Assembly: GCF_001194135.2 (NCBI RefSeq)
Contig: NC_068981.1
Location: forward strand, 180,613,545-180,677,544
Reading direction: 5' to 3'
Source: Octopus bimaculoides
Taxonomy: Eukaryota
Length of the DNA stretch: 64,000 bases
In this document: piece after piece, positions 61,351 through 64,000 of the stretch
How the letters are laid out: the number at the start of each line of letters is the position of its first letter
How positions within the stretch are numbered: position 1 is the first letter of the stretch
Made by a program: the position numbers and the translations under genes
Notes under the pieces: model-generated
What the model saw: the letters and a program-made list of their open reading frames with translations, nothing else
Databases searched by the model: none
Told to the model about the DNA's origin: nothing

Positions 61351-62030
61351 CAGGGTGCGGTGAATAAACTGTCGTCTAAATTACACAAAAGTGAAAATAA
61401 TATTCATGTCTCGTTTTAACATATATTTGCCGAAACTACATAAAAATTATCTTGAAATACTAAAGAGTAAATTTATTAAATAAAAAAGGCATTGGCTTCA
61501 ACCACACCCTCCAAATGACTTCGGAATCTCCTGAAATTCTTCTGGACGGTCTCCTTGTTTAAGTTGGTGAATACTGCCATAATCCTCGCCTTCAATTCAT
61601 CTTTGGTGTTACAAGGAATTTTGTTGGTCACTTGCTCAATTGCGCTCCACACATAATAATCAAGGGAGTTGCAGTCTGAGGAGTTAGGCGGCCAGTTGTT
61701 AGGGGTGATGTGGTCGCAGGAATTGTCTGACAACCATGACTGGATTCTTCTGCTTATGTGACATGGTTCAGTGTCCTGTTGCCAGACATAGGGTCTTCCA
61801 GCTGTCACCCTCTTGATCCAGGGCAGCAGCACCACCTCCTCCAGGCACTCGATGTAGGCCTCCGTGTTGATTCTGAGGCCGTGTGGGGAGATGATTGGAG
61901 GCATAACGATGCGTCATTAGTGATCACTCCAAACGCCATGATGTTGACTGGATGTTTGATTTTTATCACTCTTGCTACATGTCCTCGGATTGCACTGTCC
62001 TCAGATTGACACCCAAACACTCTGAAATGT
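61351..62030 (-). mobile_element. DD37D (maT/mori) Tc1-mariner transposon, 5'-truncated
   Basis: WQQD-(37 aa)-D in WPPNSSDCNSLDYYVW; TA|CAGGGTG terminus at 61351. Confidence 0.85.
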
Positions 62031-62041
62031 TCGTATTAGAG

Positions 62042-62241
62042 CTTCCGGTGCGAATGCCAAGCAGTACAGCATGATGTTTCCAAATTTCTGGCAGAGTGAA
62101 TTGTGTCACGATTCTGGTTTTCTCATAGATGGTGCCTAACTGACCCTACTATACCATGTAGTGGACAAAATCAAAGTCAATGCGCATGCGCGAAATTAAG
62201 AATATAAAATGGCGACAATTTACCCATCGCACCTTGTATGT
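62042..62241 (+). promoter_or_regulatory. promoter-like cluster with candidate first exon MATIYPSHL|GT
   Basis: CTTCCGG 62042, TGCGCATGCGC 62181, AAAATGGCG 62206, in-frame donor GTATGT at 62236. Confidence 0.4.
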
Positions 62242-63037
62242 ATGGATGTATGTATGTATGTGTAGTGGATCTCGCAGGCATGACGTGGATTCGATCCTAG
62301 ATAGCCAAATTGAAATTAACAGTTCAACAGTACTTTACTCGCGGTAAAACAATAGATTTTCTGTGACAGCAGTTTACATTTGCCAGATGCCTTAGCTAAC
62401 TAAGCAAAATCATGTCTTCACCACTTGACCCTTCAAACCTCTTATAAACCACAAAAACTAGAATTAAGATAACAACGAAATTTATTGTTCTTAACGATAT
62501 GACTATCCTTCTGGATAGATATAAAAACAAGAAACCCCGATGCAAAAGTCAGTTAGTGAGAACCCGAGCTAGTGAGAGCGACCATCACTTAGTGAACGGA
62601 CAACTAGTCATGGCCACAAGCAAGCAACCACTAAAGACAAATGGTCAAAGGGAGAAAGAAAGTTATATTCAGCCAACTATGAGACAGCTTTCCTCGACAC
62701 TTATAACTTTCACTAGCTCAATTTCTTTTCTCTCACAACATCATTCTATCTCTATTTGTGTATTACTACTACGAGAACGTGTACACACATACTGGCCAAT
62801 ATTAACTTTCTTACCTAGCATGCTTTTCCATTTACTACTTATACATACCAACCCGTTGTGGTTTTGGATATATACAATGTGACGGTAAATAGATATTTTC
62901 TTCACAACTTCAATCACTGTTCTTTCATGTTTACATAATGGCAATCAGCGAAGAACCAATCCTTACAAACTGGTGACAACTCCGATGTTCCATATTATTG
63001 TTTGCAAAATAAACTTCTACCGTTACATATGTATGTG

Positions 63038-63069
<32 letters not shown>

Positions 63070-63279
63070 NNNNNNNNNNNNNNNNNNNNNNNNNNNNNNN
63101 NNNNNNNNNNNNNNNNNNNNNNNNNNNNNNNNNNNNNNNNNNNNNNNNNNNNNNNNNNNNNNNNNNNNNNNNNNNNNNNNNNNNNNNNNNNNNNNNNNNN
63201 NNNNNNNNNNNNNNNNNNNNNNNNNNNNNNNNNNNNNNNNNNNNNNNNNNNNNNNNNNNNNNNNNNNTAATGGGACAAG

Positions 63280-63590
63280 AACGCAAAACATCCAGACAGT
63301 TACGTGATACAAGAAAAGGACAACAAAACATCGAGATCGACGATACAAAGAAAACAAGGACAAGTCATTCGGAGTTTTCTTTCCTCAGTCGAGATCCAGA
63401 TTATCTTTGCAATTTCGGCTGGTTATTCTCGATATTGCTCCAATCTAGCCAACCCCAAGGAAAAACTAAACTATGAGCATTAGATTCTTTGGAAGAAAGC
63501 AGCGAATGTATACAAAAACAAGGACGGAAAAAATCGAACAATGTTACACTAATACAATAAAAATAAAAATAATAACAGGACATAACAACA
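63280..63590 (-). mobile_element. probable Penelope-like element 3' remnant
   Basis: Antisense LLSSKESNAHSLVFPWGW...* followed by a CTGAGGA hammerhead-like core; weak. Confidence 0.35.
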
Positions 63591-64000
63591 GATGTCTTTT
63601 GACTAAAGACGAATTAAATTAAGCTGGCGTGTGTGGAAATAAAGCCTTACGGCATGGATACAAGATTTCATAGGCACAGGGAGGAATGTCGATGTTGCAC
63701 GCACAACGGCCAGCCAAGAAATAAAGATCAGGCTTGGCCGAACGCCGGTCACGTGGGAAGATAAGAGAGAGAGGTAGAGGCTCGTTTGCTCGATTTTGAG
63801 TCAACCGATTTCTGCAGAGCATGCTTCATTTTGTTTCTTGTCTCATGCAAAACAGCTGAATCAAAAGATGCAAGCGACACAAGCTCCTCAGAGAGGTACC
63901 ACAAATGTCTCAAAAACTTATTGAGAGCAGCACTTTCAATTTGTCATCCTTTTGCTTGTAGAGCTGCAGACTTTGCACAAAATGCAAATCTGAACGGGGG

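Noticed and set aside
63360-63395. CTGAGGA hammerhead-like core on the minus strand
   Set aside because: Stem II is poor, GAAA is mutated and stem I is unclear; too degenerate to call a ribozyme.
53915-63476. Long ORFs containing X runs
   Set aside because: Artefacts of translating N gaps.
79-63822. Most ORF-track entries (60-150 aa), including the recurring [28 protein letters not shown] and HIYIYIY/CVCVC ORFs
   Set aside because: They are translations of SINE copies, microsatellites or antisense exons, with no independent coding evidence.

Overview
Eukaryotic, AT-rich, repeat-dense animal genomic DNA. The SINE/LINE/MITE landscape and (CA)n/(TA)n/(CAT)n microsatellites look like a coleoid cephalopod, probably Octopus (inference). 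One protein-coding gene is well supported: the 3' ~945 codons of an FKBP15 (FKBP133/WAFL) ortholog on the + strand. I assembled it by hand into 22 GT-AG exons (7175..46963) with consistent phases, ending in an acidic LF-D(n)-DLF tail; the 5' exons were not found and probably lie upstream. The rest is transposon-derived: several tRNA-type SINE families, RTE and R4/Dong-like LINE remnants, Penelope-like elements (two Naiad-type, two Poseidon/Neptune-type) with hammerhead-ribozyme-like motifs, mariner, DD37D and piggyBac/Tc1-type MITEs, and LTR remnants (one with a tRNA-Trp primer-binding site). The 48.8-63 kb region is a mosaic of local duplications and nested insertions and has four N gaps. Best second-look items: a minimal hammerhead with a 22-bp stem II ending an AT-rich Naiad, a 370-bp-arm intronic inverted repeat with an 18-bp target duplication, a decayed duplicate of an FKBP15 exon, and two NRF1-17nt-ATGGCG promoter-like cassettes. 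I found no convincing wholly new biological system. All alignments were done by eye and no database was searched.
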